The notes beneath the pieces are model-generated. The model had not been told where the DNA came from. It was given only the letters and a program-made list of their open reading frames with translations, and searched no databases. 64,000 nucleotides of DNA from an uncultured Candidatus Saccharibacteria bacterium (GTDB lineage Bacteria; Patescibacteriota; Minisyncoccia; Phycocordibacterales; PALSA-1337). Made by a program: the position numbers and the translations under genes. Location: NCBI GenBank assembly GCA_964492835.1, contig CAZBLC010000001.1, forward strand, positions 19,596 through 83,595, in the 5' to 3' direction. Of this stretch, positions 31,779 through 41,891 are shown piece after piece; position 1 is the stretch's first letter; the number at the start of each line of letters is the position of its first letter.

Positions 31779-32635
31779 TTTCCGATTCTTTCTAAAAACT
31801 TCTTACTATATACTCCTCTCACTAAATCCATATCTTTTCCAGAATTGACCAGTAGTTTTACATTTATATTTCGTATTGTCTCGAGCATTTTTACATGTTC
31901 ATCTAAAACCTTGCTTTTTTTAGTTATTTCAATAAATGCCTCGAAATCTTTTATAAAACAATCTCCGCCGGCACCCCTACCTTTACCATCAAGTGGGTTT
32001 AAATATCGATGTGCCATGAGAGGGTCTGCCATAAAAGCAGATTTTAGATTGTCCCATTTCATATTATTATTTTTAGCTAAATCCAATAATAGATTGGAAT
32101 AAACTACCTGTATATATCCATTCACATTATGGCCATACTTAATAAACTCTGCTTCATTTGAGGAGCAAATAAGTTCATACGGGGCCTTTGCCAATACACT
32201 CATTATCATTTTAGCTTTAGTTCTGTATAAAGTAGTATTTTTTGGCATACCAATAATATTGCGTTCTGGATTTTCAGCATCGTATGCAGCAGTTTTTCTA
32301 CTTAAAAATTCAGGAGAATGGAAAATAAATAGATCTTTATATTTTTCCTGCAACTCAATGGTTTTACCAAAAATAAGAGTAGATTTTATAACTACAATTT
32401 TACCCTTACTAATAGTAGACAGTGCGCTACGCAAAAAACTATCATCAAAAATGCGATCTACGGTAGGAGTTGGTACAGCTACAAAAATAATATCAGCTGA
32501 GTTTATTATTTCCCTATTGTTGATATATTTTTTATCAAGGGAATATCGAATAACATCATAACCTCTCTTCTCAAAGTCATTCGCATAATTATAACCAACC
32601 CATCCTTGTCCGATAAATCCGATTTTCATTTTCAT
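31775..32635 (-). CDS. UDP-glucose/GDP-mannose dehydrogenase family, short form lacking the C-terminal domain
   Basis: GQGWVG, AVPTP, IKST, PEFL, AEFIKY, GGDCFIKD; only 286 aa. Confidence 0.85.
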   Translation of the reverse strand: MKMKIGFIGQGWVGYNYANDFEKRGYDVIRYSLDKKYINNREIINSADIIFVAVPTPTVDRIFDDSFLRSALSTISKGKIVVIKSTLIFGKTIELQEKYKDLFIFHSPEFLSRKTAAYDAENPERNIIGMPKNTTLYRTKAKMIMSVLAKAPYELICSSNEAEFIKYGHNVNGYIQVVYSNLLLDLAKNNNMKWDNLKSAFMADPLMAHRYLNPLDGKGRGAGGDCFIKDFEAFIEITKKSKVLDEHVKMLETIRNINVKLLVNSGKDMDLVRGVYSKKFLERIGK

Positions 32636-33591
32636 TTTGTTATATATGACTTTACCGTTTTTTCCAATCCTTCATCAAAGGATATCTCTGGATTATAACC
32701 AAGAATTATACGCGCCTTGTCTATATTAGCAAAGCTATTCTTTACATCACCCTTTCTTTCAGGCAAATACTTTATATGAATAGATTTGCCAAATATTTTA
32801 TTAATTTTACTTACCATATCGTTTAGAGAAACAAAACTTCCATACGAAGCATTGAATACCTCCCCAAAACCTTCTTCTACTTTAAGTGCACAAATATTTG
32901 CATCAACAACGTTTTTAATAAAGGTGAAATCTCTAAAATTTTCACCGTCACCGTATATTTCTGGAGATTTGTCCTCATTAATTAATTTAATAAACTTAGG
33001 AATTACAGCTGAATATGTTGAGTTTGGATTTTGTCTAGGACCAAAAACATTGAAATAGCGAAGTCCGATGGTTTTCAATCCATACAATGAGGTAAATATC
33101 TTAGCATAATATTCCATTGATAATTTCTGTAACGCGTATGGGGAAAGTGGATCTGGTATCATAGCTTCTGTTTTGGGGAGTGTTTTGGTGTTGCCATATA
33201 CAGAACTAGACGAAGCATATATTACTCTATCTACTTTTGCATGATGTGCAGCAATAAAAACACTTAGCGATCCGGTTGAGTTTGCCATATGGGTTTCCAT
33301 AGGCATTTCTATACTTCTCGGGACCACATTTAATGCTGCTTCATGTAATACAGCGTACGCTCCTTCAAAAATCTTTTTCAAAGCGTCTGTATCAATTATA
33401 TCAGTCTTATGAAATTCAATCTTATCTCTAACACCATCAAGATTTTTTACATTTCCATTTGAAAGATTATCTACCACAACCACGTTCGCGCCGTCACTTA
33501 CAAGTTCATCGACTATATGTGAACCAATGAATCCGGCACCGCCTGTTACAACTATTTTTTTATCTTTTAAAAATTCTCTATTTTTTATCAT
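32632..33591 (-). CDS. NAD-dependent NDP-sugar 4-epimerase/dehydratase (extended SDR)
   Basis: TGGAGFIGS, ASSSSVYG, PYALQK, RYFNVFGPRQ. Confidence 0.93.
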   Translation of the reverse strand: MIKNREFLKDKKIVVTGGAGFIGSHIVDELVSDGANVVVVDNLSNGNVKNLDGVRDKIEFHKTDIIDTDALKKIFEGAYAVLHEAALNVVPRSIEMPMETHMANSTGSLSVFIAAHHAKVDRVIYASSSSVYGNTKTLPKTEAMIPDPLSPYALQKLSMEYYAKIFTSLYGLKTIGLRYFNVFGPRQNPNSTYSAVIPKFIKLINEDKSPEIYGDGENFRDFTFIKNVVDANICALKVEEGFGEVFNASYGSFVSLNDMVSKINKIFGKSIHIKYLPERKGDVKNSFANIDKARIILGYNPEISFDEGLEKTVKSYITK

Positions 33592-34640
33592 ATATTTTTT
33601 AAAATTTCATTAGCTACACTTTTTACTGAAAAATCAGCAATACTTGCTCCTGCTTCCCTTGCGATACCAACATCGGTTGAAACGATTTTACACCCTGCTG
33701 CTTGTGCTTCTTTAAACACCATTCCATACCCTTCATAGAAAGAAGTATTTAAAAACACATCACATCCTTTATAGTATGGAACTAGATCTGTTTGCCAGCC
33801 CTCAAATACCATTATATCCTCCAATTTTAGCTTATACGACAGTCTTTTTAGACTTTCTAGTCTTTTGCCGGAACCTACTATAACTAACCCTATATCACTG
33901 ATTTGTGCCTTTACGATCTCCATGGCTTTTATACCTAACTCTATATTCTTTTCATCCTCTATACGTGAAGCCATTAGGATGATCTTTTTGAATTGTGGGT
34001 ATTTTTGTTTAAGGTCGAAACTTGGTGTTGTTGTCTTTATATATTCAACATTTACATCAATTGGTTTAACAATTATCCTATCCTTATCTATCTTTCTTGA
34101 TACCAATGAATCCGCAATTCTATTAGACACCACTCGTATTACTTGCGCATGAGGGATTGTAAATCGAGAGATGAAAAGTCTAATTCTATTAATCAATGCA
34201 TTGATATATCCAATTTTAGGACTAATGAAATATGGACTATATAGATCTGTATGTATTTGTAGTAGCAATTCGGAATACTTTTTTAGATTAGCTAAGCATT
34301 TACCAACCAGAGCTGTCTCAAATACATCCTGACAACTAACTAAAACTAGTTCATCTTTATCCACCTTCTTTAATATCTTTTTGCCAATCTTACAAGCATC
34401 ACTTACGTAGTTTAGTCTTACAATAGAGTTTGTAGAGTATATTGTACAGTTATCAGCTATACTTATTGGCTCATAGTTTTTTGTTGAAAAAACTATTATA
34501 TGTAGTTCCTTGTACAACTTTGAGTATTCAAGCATTCTCGCTCTTACTGAACTCTTTTCATTTAGGACAAGTCTATCTGTAGACACCATTACAGCAATAT
34601 AATTTATATATGTTTTATATTCAGTATTATATCTTTCCAT
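33588..34640 (-). CDS. Glycosyltransferase family 4
   Basis: ASRIEDEKN, EGYGMVFKEA. Confidence 0.88.
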   Translation of the reverse strand: MERYNTEYKTYINYIAVMVSTDRLVLNEKSSVRARMLEYSKLYKELHIIVFSTKNYEPISIADNCTIYSTNSIVRLNYVSDACKIGKKILKKVDKDELVLVSCQDVFETALVGKCLANLKKYSELLLQIHTDLYSPYFISPKIGYINALINRIRLFISRFTIPHAQVIRVVSNRIADSLVSRKIDKDRIIVKPIDVNVEYIKTTTPSFDLKQKYPQFKKIILMASRIEDEKNIELGIKAMEIVKAQISDIGLVIVGSGKRLESLKRLSYKLKLEDIMVFEGWQTDLVPYYKGCDVFLNTSFYEGYGMVFKEAQAAGCKIVSTDVGIAREAGASIADFSVKSVANEILKNI

Positions 34641-35634
34641 AAATAGAAATTATTTCTTTTCCAATATCACTCCATGTATGTGTCCAAGTAAATCTCTTTA
34701 TCTTCTCTGCTTGCATGTCTCTGTTCTTTCTGTCAGACATCCATACTATCTTTTCTACTATATCTTTTTCATTCATCGGGTCTACAAAAATTGCACAATC
34801 CTTAACTCTCTCTGATATTCCAGTTTCTTTAGTTAGGATGAATGGAGTACCTACTCTTATTGCATCAAATATCATATTTGGACTTATATCTCCTATTGAG
34901 GTAAGGATAACGGCATATGATCTACGCATTCTCTCTTGGAAGTTATCATATACTGCTTTTGTTGTATCGAATTCTATAGGTTCTGTAACTTTAGTTTGAG
35001 CAATTTTAAATGTTTTTTTTAGCATATCTATATTCTTCCACACCAGCTCTCTTGTTCCAGCAACAAATACTCTGTTCTCTGGTTGTATCTGTTCTTCTCT
35101 TGCACCACAGAAGTTCTCTACTATCTTACTCTTTCTTGAATCAAGCTTATACGCTTTCTCGAAAATATTCTTTTGCCATTCTGTGCTGTATATTACAGTA
35201 CTAGCATTTCGGAGTGCATCTCCACCAAGTTTGTATACTAGTTTCTCCTTTCTGCTTAGTTTGTTTAGAGAGGTGTAATAGAAATCTTTGAACAGGACTA
35301 GCTCTCCTGTTCTTTCAGTATATGACTCCCATAGAAAATCTCCTCCAGTTCGTACGATATACTTCTTCCTCATTATCTTACATGCATACATTGTAGGCAC
35401 TGCAGCACTCCATGTATCAAGTACTAGTATCATATCTGCATTCCATCCTTTTCTAAATATCTTAAGGAAAAATAGGATGTGTCTTATGAAAGTAGGAAAA
35501 GCTCTTTCCCAACGGTAGGCTGCAACCTTAACATCATGTCCTTCTCCCTTCCATGTCTCGTATAGGTTACGAGCATATTGAGCCGGTCCTCCTATATCTG
35601 GAGGATATATACCTGTTGAAATTAAGATCTTCAT
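34627..35634 (-). CDS. Glycosyltransferase family 4
   Basis: MKILISTGIYPPDIGGPA, DISPNMIFDA. Confidence 0.85.
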   Translation of the reverse strand: MKILISTGIYPPDIGGPAQYARNLYETWKGEGHDVKVAAYRWERAFPTFIRHILFFLKIFRKGWNADMILVLDTWSAAVPTMYACKIMRKKYIVRTGGDFLWESYTERTGELVLFKDFYYTSLNKLSRKEKLVYKLGGDALRNASTVIYSTEWQKNIFEKAYKLDSRKSKIVENFCGAREEQIQPENRVFVAGTRELVWKNIDMLKKTFKIAQTKVTEPIEFDTTKAVYDNFQERMRRSYAVILTSIGDISPNMIFDAIRVGTPFILTKETGISERVKDCAIFVDPMNEKDIVEKIVWMSDRKNRDMQAEKIKRFTWTHTWSDIGKEIISIYGKI

Positions 35635-36812
35635 ATTACCTTTAAGAATACCTCATTTTTCATATCATTTGCAATGATATTCCATTCATACTTCTCTTTG
35701 ACCATTTCCATAGCATTCTTAACGATATAGTCTCTAGATTCACTATCCTTTATTAACTTCTCTACTTTCTGAGCAATACTGCTAGGGTTTTGTACTTCAC
35801 ATAATAGTCCTGTCTCTCCATCCTTAAGGAAATCTAATATTCCCCCAACTGGAGTAGCTATAACTGGTATACCAGCTGCCATAGCTTCGATGTATGAATT
35901 ACCAAATCCTTCAGAAAGTGATGGTCTTATAAATATATCTGAAACATGTAGATATTGTGGCATATCCTTATGTGGTACGTATCCTAGAAATATCACTCGA
36001 TTCTCTAGACCAAGAGTTTTTACTTTCTCTTTTAGCTCCACTTCCTGATACCCAGTACCTAGTATTAAAAATTTAACATTTGAAGGTAGGTATTGCATGC
36101 TTGATATGATATCTCCGACAGCATTCTTAACTACTAGTCTTGAGGTTGTGATTAGGAATATATCATCTATCTTTTTTCCAAGTTTCTGTTTCAATATTTC
36201 TAGTTCTGTATGTGGTTTTCTTGTAGAGAAGAGATTAAAATCTACTGCATTTGGTATTACTGTTACAGGACACTTCGCTTTCATGTCGAGTGCCCAATCT
36301 GCTAGATATTTAGATATTGTTTGTATGTGATCTGCTTTTGTAAATATTTTTTTAAATAGCGGATATACAAACATAGCTCTTCTCTTGATGTATGGTATTG
36401 GATCACCTTCTTGTAGAGTCAGGATGAATGGTATTTTGGGATTTAGCATTTTAAATATAACAGCAGCAAATGAGTTATATGTAGCCATCATTGACCATAT
36501 AGCGTCATACTTGTTCTGCTTATGTAATTTAATTGCCTTTACTAATGCAGTAATTGGCATTAGATATTTGTTTAGGTGTAAATACCAAGGTAGAGAATCT
36601 GATGAATTCTTTTGTGTTCCTGTATATCCAACTCTATATACATTTATGTTCCCTATCCTCTCGTAACTAGGTAATTTAGAATCTAAATGCAGAGTCACCA
36701 TATCAAACTGTATTTCCTCATTTGGAATCCTGTCAGTTATCTCCTTTATAGCAACCTCTGCTCCCCCTATAAATTTTGGATAGTATACTAAAGAAAATAT
36801 TAGTATTTTCAT
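35631..36812 (-). CDS. Glycosyltransferase family 4
   Basis: YYPKFIGGAE, SRLVVKN, EGFGNSYIEAMAAG. Confidence 0.92.
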   Translation of the reverse strand: MKILIFSLVYYPKFIGGAEVAIKEITDRIPNEEIQFDMVTLHLDSKLPSYERIGNINVYRVGYTGTQKNSSDSLPWYLHLNKYLMPITALVKAIKLHKQNKYDAIWSMMATYNSFAAVIFKMLNPKIPFILTLQEGDPIPYIKRRAMFVYPLFKKIFTKADHIQTISKYLADWALDMKAKCPVTVIPNAVDFNLFSTRKPHTELEILKQKLGKKIDDIFLITTSRLVVKNAVGDIISSMQYLPSNVKFLILGTGYQEVELKEKVKTLGLENRVIFLGYVPHKDMPQYLHVSDIFIRPSLSEGFGNSYIEAMAAGIPVIATPVGGILDFLKDGETGLLCEVQNPSSIAQKVEKLIKDSESRDYIVKNAMEMVKEKYEWNIIANDMKNEVFLKVI

Positions 36813-36816
36813 GTAT

Positions 36817-38499
36817 TTACTCTACCTTAAGTACGTTCCTAAGTACATCTTCTGAAACCTCCTTTTTTGTGTCGGTATTTGGAGTTGTAGTCTGCGTTTT
36901 GCCAGCATTCTGAGTGTTTCCTAGTATAGATGCTAATGCATTTTTTAATTCATTTACACGCTCTGGTTGTGCATCCTTCTTATGATTATTCTTTGGTGTA
37001 TTTGAGAGTGAATTCAGTGATACTGAATTAAGTTTAGGCATTGGACTTACAAATGTCTTTGTAGGCTCTGCTACTTTTACAACAGGCTTTTCTACTACAA
37101 CTTGAGGTGCAGGTGGTGCTATTGGCTTTGGTTCTGGAGTAACTGGCTTTGGTACCTCTACAGGTTTAGGTGCTGGAGCAATATCTTTTGGTTTGTCCTT
37201 CATTACTGGCTTTATCGGCATCATCCAGTCATCAATTGCTTTTTCAACATCAACTCTCTTGCTTGCAAACTGTGATCTTGAACTCTCTATAACCCGTTCC
37301 ATACTTGAACTCTCAGGTTTTGCAATTGGAGGCAGGGTAGTTGCAGAGAATGGCGCTGAACTTACTCCGTCTATCATGAGTTTTAAGTATATTTGATATA
37401 TACCCAAGTTAACTATATCTTCTGCTGTAAATTGTGGTGAGAATTCTTTCTCGAGTACTTCAGCATCAAATGCTCCTACACGGAATACAATCATTGTTCC
37501 AACGTTACCGAATACAGCATTACGTACTTCTTCTTCCATTTGTTCGATGTACTGGTGAGCAATTGTAAGATTAAGTTTGTATTTTCTAGCCTCTGAAAGA
37601 ATATCTGCAAATGATTCATTGGCGAATGACTGGAACTCGTCTACAAAGAGATAGAAGTTAGGGAGTGTCTTAAGCACACGATCTGGTACGTCTGCGCGAG
37701 ATAGCGCAGCTAGATATATTTTTGTAATTATCATTCCTCCTAATAGGTTTGCATTTGATTCTCCAATTCTTCCTTTTGATAGGTTAACGATAAAAATCTT
37801 ACCTTCATCCATCATCTTACGAATATTGAATGATGATTTTGGCTGCCCTATCATGTTTCGTATTAGCGCATTGGCTGTGAACTGTCCGATCTTGTTTTGT
37901 ATCGCTGGCACTGCTTCTGCAGCCATTCTTTCTGTATAGTTTGCAAACTCTTGTACCCAGAATGCTTTAACTGATGAATCTGTGACATGAGAGATCACAA
38001 GCTTTCTATATTCTTTGTCTGAAAGCATACGATTTACTCCAAGTAGAGTTGCATCTGGATATTCAAGTAGAGCAAGTAGGGTGTTTGTAAGGATATATTC
38101 CATACGAGCTGACCAAGCATCTTGCCAGATCTTCTTGAATGTACTCATTAGTCCAGATACTACTAGATGTCTTTTGTCTGGGTCTACGTTCTCAAGTACG
38201 TTAAAGGATATTGGATAGTCCATATCGAATGGAGCAAAATATACTACATCCTTCTGTCTATGTTCTGGTACATATTCTAGCAGTAGCTCTGCAGTCTTTC
38301 CGTGAGGATCAATGAATGCCATTCCTTCCCCATTCTTAATATCCTGAACAGCCATGTTCTCAAGTACAGTTGATTTTCCCATACCTGTCTTTCCGATAAC
38401 GTACACATGCTTAGTCCTATCTTTTGCTTTAATACCAAAAGTTACCTTTTTGTTTCTAGAGTCTGTCTGTCCAAAATATGTTATTTTTTCGTCGTTCAT
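36817..38499 (-). CDS. VirB4/TraD (type IV coupling protein)-like P-loop ATPase with Pro-rich tail
   Basis: Walker A GKTGMGKS, FIDPHG, Walker B LFVDEFQ, SEARKY, AHQYIEQ. Confidence 0.85.
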   Translation of the reverse strand: MNDEKITYFGQTDSRNKKVTFGIKAKDRTKHVYVIGKTGMGKSTVLENMAVQDIKNGEGMAFIDPHGKTAELLLEYVPEHRQKDVVYFAPFDMDYPISFNVLENVDPDKRHLVVSGLMSTFKKIWQDAWSARMEYILTNTLLALLEYPDATLLGVNRMLSDKEYRKLVISHVTDSSVKAFWVQEFANYTERMAAEAVPAIQNKIGQFTANALIRNMIGQPKSSFNIRKMMDEGKIFIVNLSKGRIGESNANLLGGMIITKIYLAALSRADVPDRVLKTLPNFYLFVDEFQSFANESFADILSEARKYKLNLTIAHQYIEQMEEEVRNAVFGNVGTMIVFRVGAFDAEVLEKEFSPQFTAEDIVNLGIYQIYLKLMIDGVSSAPFSATTLPPIAKPESSSMERVIESSRSQFASKRVDVEKAIDDWMMPIKPVMKDKPKDIAPAPKPVEVPKPVTPEPKPIAPPAPQVVVEKPVVKVAEPTKTFVSPMPKLNSVSLNSLSNTPKNNHKKDAQPERVNELKNALASILGNTQNAGKTQTTTPNTDTKKEVSEDVLRNVLKVE

Positions 38500-38572
38500 A
38501 TGGAGCTTTAATATGTTTATATTCTAGCATGAAATACTTATGGTAAGTATTTAATTTTCCCCATAAACAAAA

Positions 38573-38592
38573 CTCCCGCTTGGAAGCGGGAG
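38573..38592 (-). terminator. Intrinsic terminator after the pilin gene
   Basis: CTCCCGCT-TGGA-AGCGGGAG hairpin followed by TTTTGTTT on the minus strand. Confidence 0.75.
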
Positions 38593-38616
38593 AGATGTTT
38601 AAAAAGAATTTTATAA

Positions 38617-39081
38617 CTAGCAAGTAACGTCTGGTGCAGTACCTCCTAGCATAGTTGCTGCTCCTTCCTTAGTGTTACCTGTACTATCAACACAGTAGAA
38701 GTTACCTGATCCACCTCCTAGTCTAGCCTCAACTGCCCAAGCAGATCCACTTGTATAACATGTCAAAGTTGTTCCAGATGGATAACTGTCTGTATCTGAA
38801 AGATTTACGATTCCACTTGTTGAATCAGTCCAAGGTGTTGATGAAGGTGTTGCTGAACATCCGTTTGTATTCGCAGATGCTCCGTAGTTTCCTGGAGTAA
38901 CATAATATGTCTCCATAGCTCCTCTTATACTAGCCAATTGACCCTTGATCTTAGCATCATTACCCTTTGTTCTAGCTGTGTTCAATGAAGCTAATACCAC
39001 TGATGATAGAATACCGATGATAGCGATAACTACAAGCAACTCAATCAATGTAAAACCTTTTTCTAAATATGATTTCTTCAT
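38617..39081 (-). CDS. Type IV pilin (prepilin)
   Basis: Class III signal KG/FTLIELLVVIAIIGIL; four Cys; Ser/Thr/Gly-rich head. Confidence 0.93.
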   Translation of the reverse strand: MKKSYLEKGFTLIELLVVIAIIGILSSVVLASLNTARTKGNDAKIKGQLASIRGAMETYYVTPGNYGASANTNGCSATPSSTPWTDSTSGIVNLSDTDSYPSGTTLTCYTSGSAWAVEARLGGGSGNFYCVDSTGNTKEGAATMLGGTAPDVTC

Positions 39082-39167
39082 AACGAAATTAATTAACCTA
39101 AATAAACTTTAATAATAATTACTTATGGCATAAGTATATCAAACTATAGATAAAGATAGCAACGCTA

Positions 39168-39176
39168 TGTGGATAA
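39168..39176. promoter_or_regulatory. Consensus DnaA box upstream of the pilin gene
   Basis: TGTGGATAA is the reverse complement of TTATCCACA. Confidence 0.45.
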
Positions 39177-39221
39177 CCTTGTTGTATTCAACAAGAGCTG
39201 TCCTGCATAGGATAACTCTAG

Positions 39222-40430
39222 CTACTGTGAACTCGCCACGTTGTATATAGGAATAAGAACTGATGCAAGAAGTGTAGCCACTCCAAGTCCAAGTAGCACA
39301 ATCATTGCCGGCTCAATAAGATCAACCAGAGCATCTACAGCTGTAGTAACCTCTCTAGCATAGAATCGAGCTAGAGTTTTTAGAATATTACCAAGCTCTC
39401 CTGTCTCTTCTCCCACCTTCATCATTTGAATCATAATACCAGGAATCTCACCATTAACTGAAAGGGATTCTGATACTGTCTTACCAGCCTTAACTGACTC
39501 TACAGCATCAGCAAGTAGCTTATGATATATACTGTTGTTAATAACGGAAGAAGTAAGTTCTAGAGCGCGGATCATAGGAATACCAGATACTAGCATTGTA
39601 TTCATGTTGTCTGATAGTCTTGCCCAATACAGTTTTCTAAATAGGTTACTTAGATATGGGATACTAAGTTTTACTTGGTCAAATATAACTGCACCTGAAG
39701 GAGTACGTATATATCTAACAAGTAGAAAACCTAGAACTATAACTACCCCGAGCATTACGAATCCATATGCAACAAAGAAATTACTAATACCCAATACTAT
39801 TTTAGTATACACAGGTATCTCCTGTCCTGATTCAACCAAGATTGCACTAATCTTTGGAATAACCATAGTGAACATAAGGATCATAACTGTAATGAAGGTA
39901 GACATAACGAATGCTGGGTATATAAGGGCACTTTTTGCCTTTGATACTAGCTCGTATGTACGATCCAAATAGTCAGCTAGGTAACTAAATGTCTCATTTA
40001 GCTTTCCTGACTCCTCTCCAGCCTTCACCATACTTACATAAAACTCTGAGAATACCTTAGGATGTTTTTCAAGTGCAGCTGAAATAGCACTACCAGCCTG
40101 TAGATCATCTGCAATTACTAGAAGCTTTGCACCCAACACCTTGTTCTCTGCTTCAGATCCAAGAAGTCTAAATACACGGAGTGCAGAAACCTGAGCTTCA
40201 AAGAGTGTAGCTAGTTGTCTTGAGAGAATAACTACATCCTTGTTAGATACTCTGTCGAAGAATGATAGATTCATTGAAAGCACTCCTCCCTTTTTACTAG
40301 CTTCTACAATTGAAGTAATTACCAAACCTCTTCTTTGCAGTGAAGCGATAGCAATATCCACATTTGCAGCATCTATTGATCCTGTTTTTGGTGCACCTGT
40401 TTGATCTACTGATTGATAATTAAAAAGCAT
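39222..40430 (-). CDS. pilC: Type IV pilus inner-membrane platform protein (T2SS F family)
   Basis: RQLATL, GEESGKL, SALIYP, GEETGEL, LIEP. Confidence 0.95.
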   Translation of the reverse strand: MLFNYQSVDQTGAPKTGSIDAANVDIAIASLQRRGLVITSIVEASKKGGVLSMNLSFFDRVSNKDVVILSRQLATLFEAQVSALRVFRLLGSEAENKVLGAKLLVIADDLQAGSAISAALEKHPKVFSEFYVSMVKAGEESGKLNETFSYLADYLDRTYELVSKAKSALIYPAFVMSTFITVMILMFTMVIPKISAILVESGQEIPVYTKIVLGISNFFVAYGFVMLGVVIVLGFLLVRYIRTPSGAVIFDQVKLSIPYLSNLFRKLYWARLSDNMNTMLVSGIPMIRALELTSSVINNSIYHKLLADAVESVKAGKTVSESLSVNGEIPGIMIQMMKVGEETGELGNILKTLARFYAREVTTAVDALVDLIEPAMIVLLGLGVATLLASVLIPIYNVASSQ

Positions 40431-40437
40431 ATAAAAA

Positions 40438-41496
40438 TTATATCATTCTTTCCAAATTTTTGGGATTGTTAGAGTTAAGATATGCGTTCTCAACTGTAAT
40501 CTCTCCTTTTCTAACAAGTTCAGCTAAACATCTATTCATATCAATCATACCTTCTTGTGAACTTGTCTCAATAACTGTATTAATTTCATGTATTCTCTTC
40601 TCTCGTATTAGGTTTGCAACAGCAGAGTTGTTAATCAATAGCTCATATGCAGGAATCAATCCTCCTGAAATACGTGGAATCAATCTCTGTGAGAATATAG
40701 CTGTCATACTACCAGCTAGCTGAATACGAATTTGATCCTGCTGATTTGCTGGGAATGAGTCAATAATACGGTTTAGTGTCTGTGCAGCGTTATTTGTATG
40801 TAATGTAGAGAATACTAAGTGTCCTGTCTCAGCTGCAGTTACGGCTGTCTGTATTGTCTCTGGATCACGCATCTCACCCACCAAAGCAACATCGATATCC
40901 TGTCTAAACATTGCAACTAGTGCGTCTTTGAAATCAGGGGTATCTATCTTAACCTCTCTCTGATCAATTATTGATTTCTTTGATTCATATAGATACTCAA
41001 CTGGATCCTCAATAGTCATTATGTGCTCATTTCTAGTCTGGTTAATTATCTCAATCAAAGCAGCTAGTGTTGTAGACTTACCCTGACCAATTGGTCCTAC
41101 ACAAAGAAAGAATCCTTGTGGCTTTCTGGTAAATGATTCAAGTATTGGAGGAAGATTAAGATCAGCTATTGTCTTAATTTGTTTTGGTATCAAACGTAGT
41201 GCAACAGAAAGTACACCTTGATGATAGTATGCATTTCCACGGAAACGAATGTTAGTAAGGCTGTATGAAAAATCTACATCTTTATCTTTTAAAAGTAGCA
41301 CCTTATTCTCCTCACTAAGAAATTCATTAATATACCCCTTCATATCCTCATTTGATATTACAGATTTCTTAACTAGGGGTATTAGACTTCCAGAAACACG
41401 AATGAATGGAGTACGTCCTTCAGCCAAATGAAGATCTGATGCTCCTTCATTTATAACTGTACTTACTAATAGCTCAATTTCTTTTTTATAATCCAT
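40438..41496 (-). CDS. pilT: Type IV pilus retraction ATPase
   Basis: ASDLHL, GPIGQGKST, TIEDPVE, GEMRD, AETGHLVFSTLHT, AVANLIRE; start moved to ATG 41496. Confidence 0.95.
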   Translation of the reverse strand: MDYKKEIELLVSTVINEGASDLHLAEGRTPFIRVSGSLIPLVKKSVISNEDMKGYINEFLSEENKVLLLKDKDVDFSYSLTNIRFRGNAYYHQGVLSVALRLIPKQIKTIADLNLPPILESFTRKPQGFFLCVGPIGQGKSTTLAALIEIINQTRNEHIMTIEDPVEYLYESKKSIIDQREVKIDTPDFKDALVAMFRQDIDVALVGEMRDPETIQTAVTAAETGHLVFSTLHTNNAAQTLNRIIDSFPANQQDQIRIQLAGSMTAIFSQRLIPRISGGLIPAYELLINNSAVANLIREKRIHEINTVIETSSQEGMIDMNRCLAELVRKGEITVENAYLNSNNPKNLERMI

Positions 41497-41500
41497 AATA

Positions 41501-41890
41501 TTATTGTTTCTTAGAATGCGAATAAATTTTCTCGACTTCAGCAAGAAGTTCAGAAGGTATAGTCGTAGCCTTTATTATATACCCATCTACGTTTAATTTC
41601 TTTGCTCGAGCTATATCATCAGGGAGACCTTGGTTTGTAAGCATGATTACAACTGTCTTTTTAATTAAATTCTCTTTCCTTAGAGCAGTAAGTAATTCAA
41701 TTCCATCCATTCCAGGCATGATCAAATCTAGTATTAGTACGTCTGGTTCCATTCCTCCCTTCAACACTTTCAATGCTTCTTCTGTGGTTGAACATGTATG
41801 CACAGAATGTTTAGCATTAGTAAACTTAGTGATGTACATATCAAGAAGAAACTTATCATCATCTACAAAAAGTACATTTAATGGTTTCAT
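41501..41890 (-). CDS. Stand-alone response regulator receiver domain
   Basis: FVDDD, ILDLIMPGMDG, MLTN, YIIK. Confidence 0.9.
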   Translation of the reverse strand: MKPLNVLFVDDDKFLLDMYITKFTNAKHSVHTCSTTEEALKVLKGGMEPDVLILDLIMPGMDGIELLTALRKENLIKKTVVIMLTNQGLPDDIARAKKLNVDGYIIKATTIPSELLAEVEKIYSHSKKQ

Positions 41891-41891
41891 A

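Noticed and set aside
36817-38499. Integrative conjugative element
   Set aside because: No relaxase, integrase, VirB channel genes or att repeats; composition looks host-like
39082-39221. Replication origin at the DnaA box
   Set aside because: Only one consensus box in a 140-nt spacer, and no dnaA/dnaN nearby
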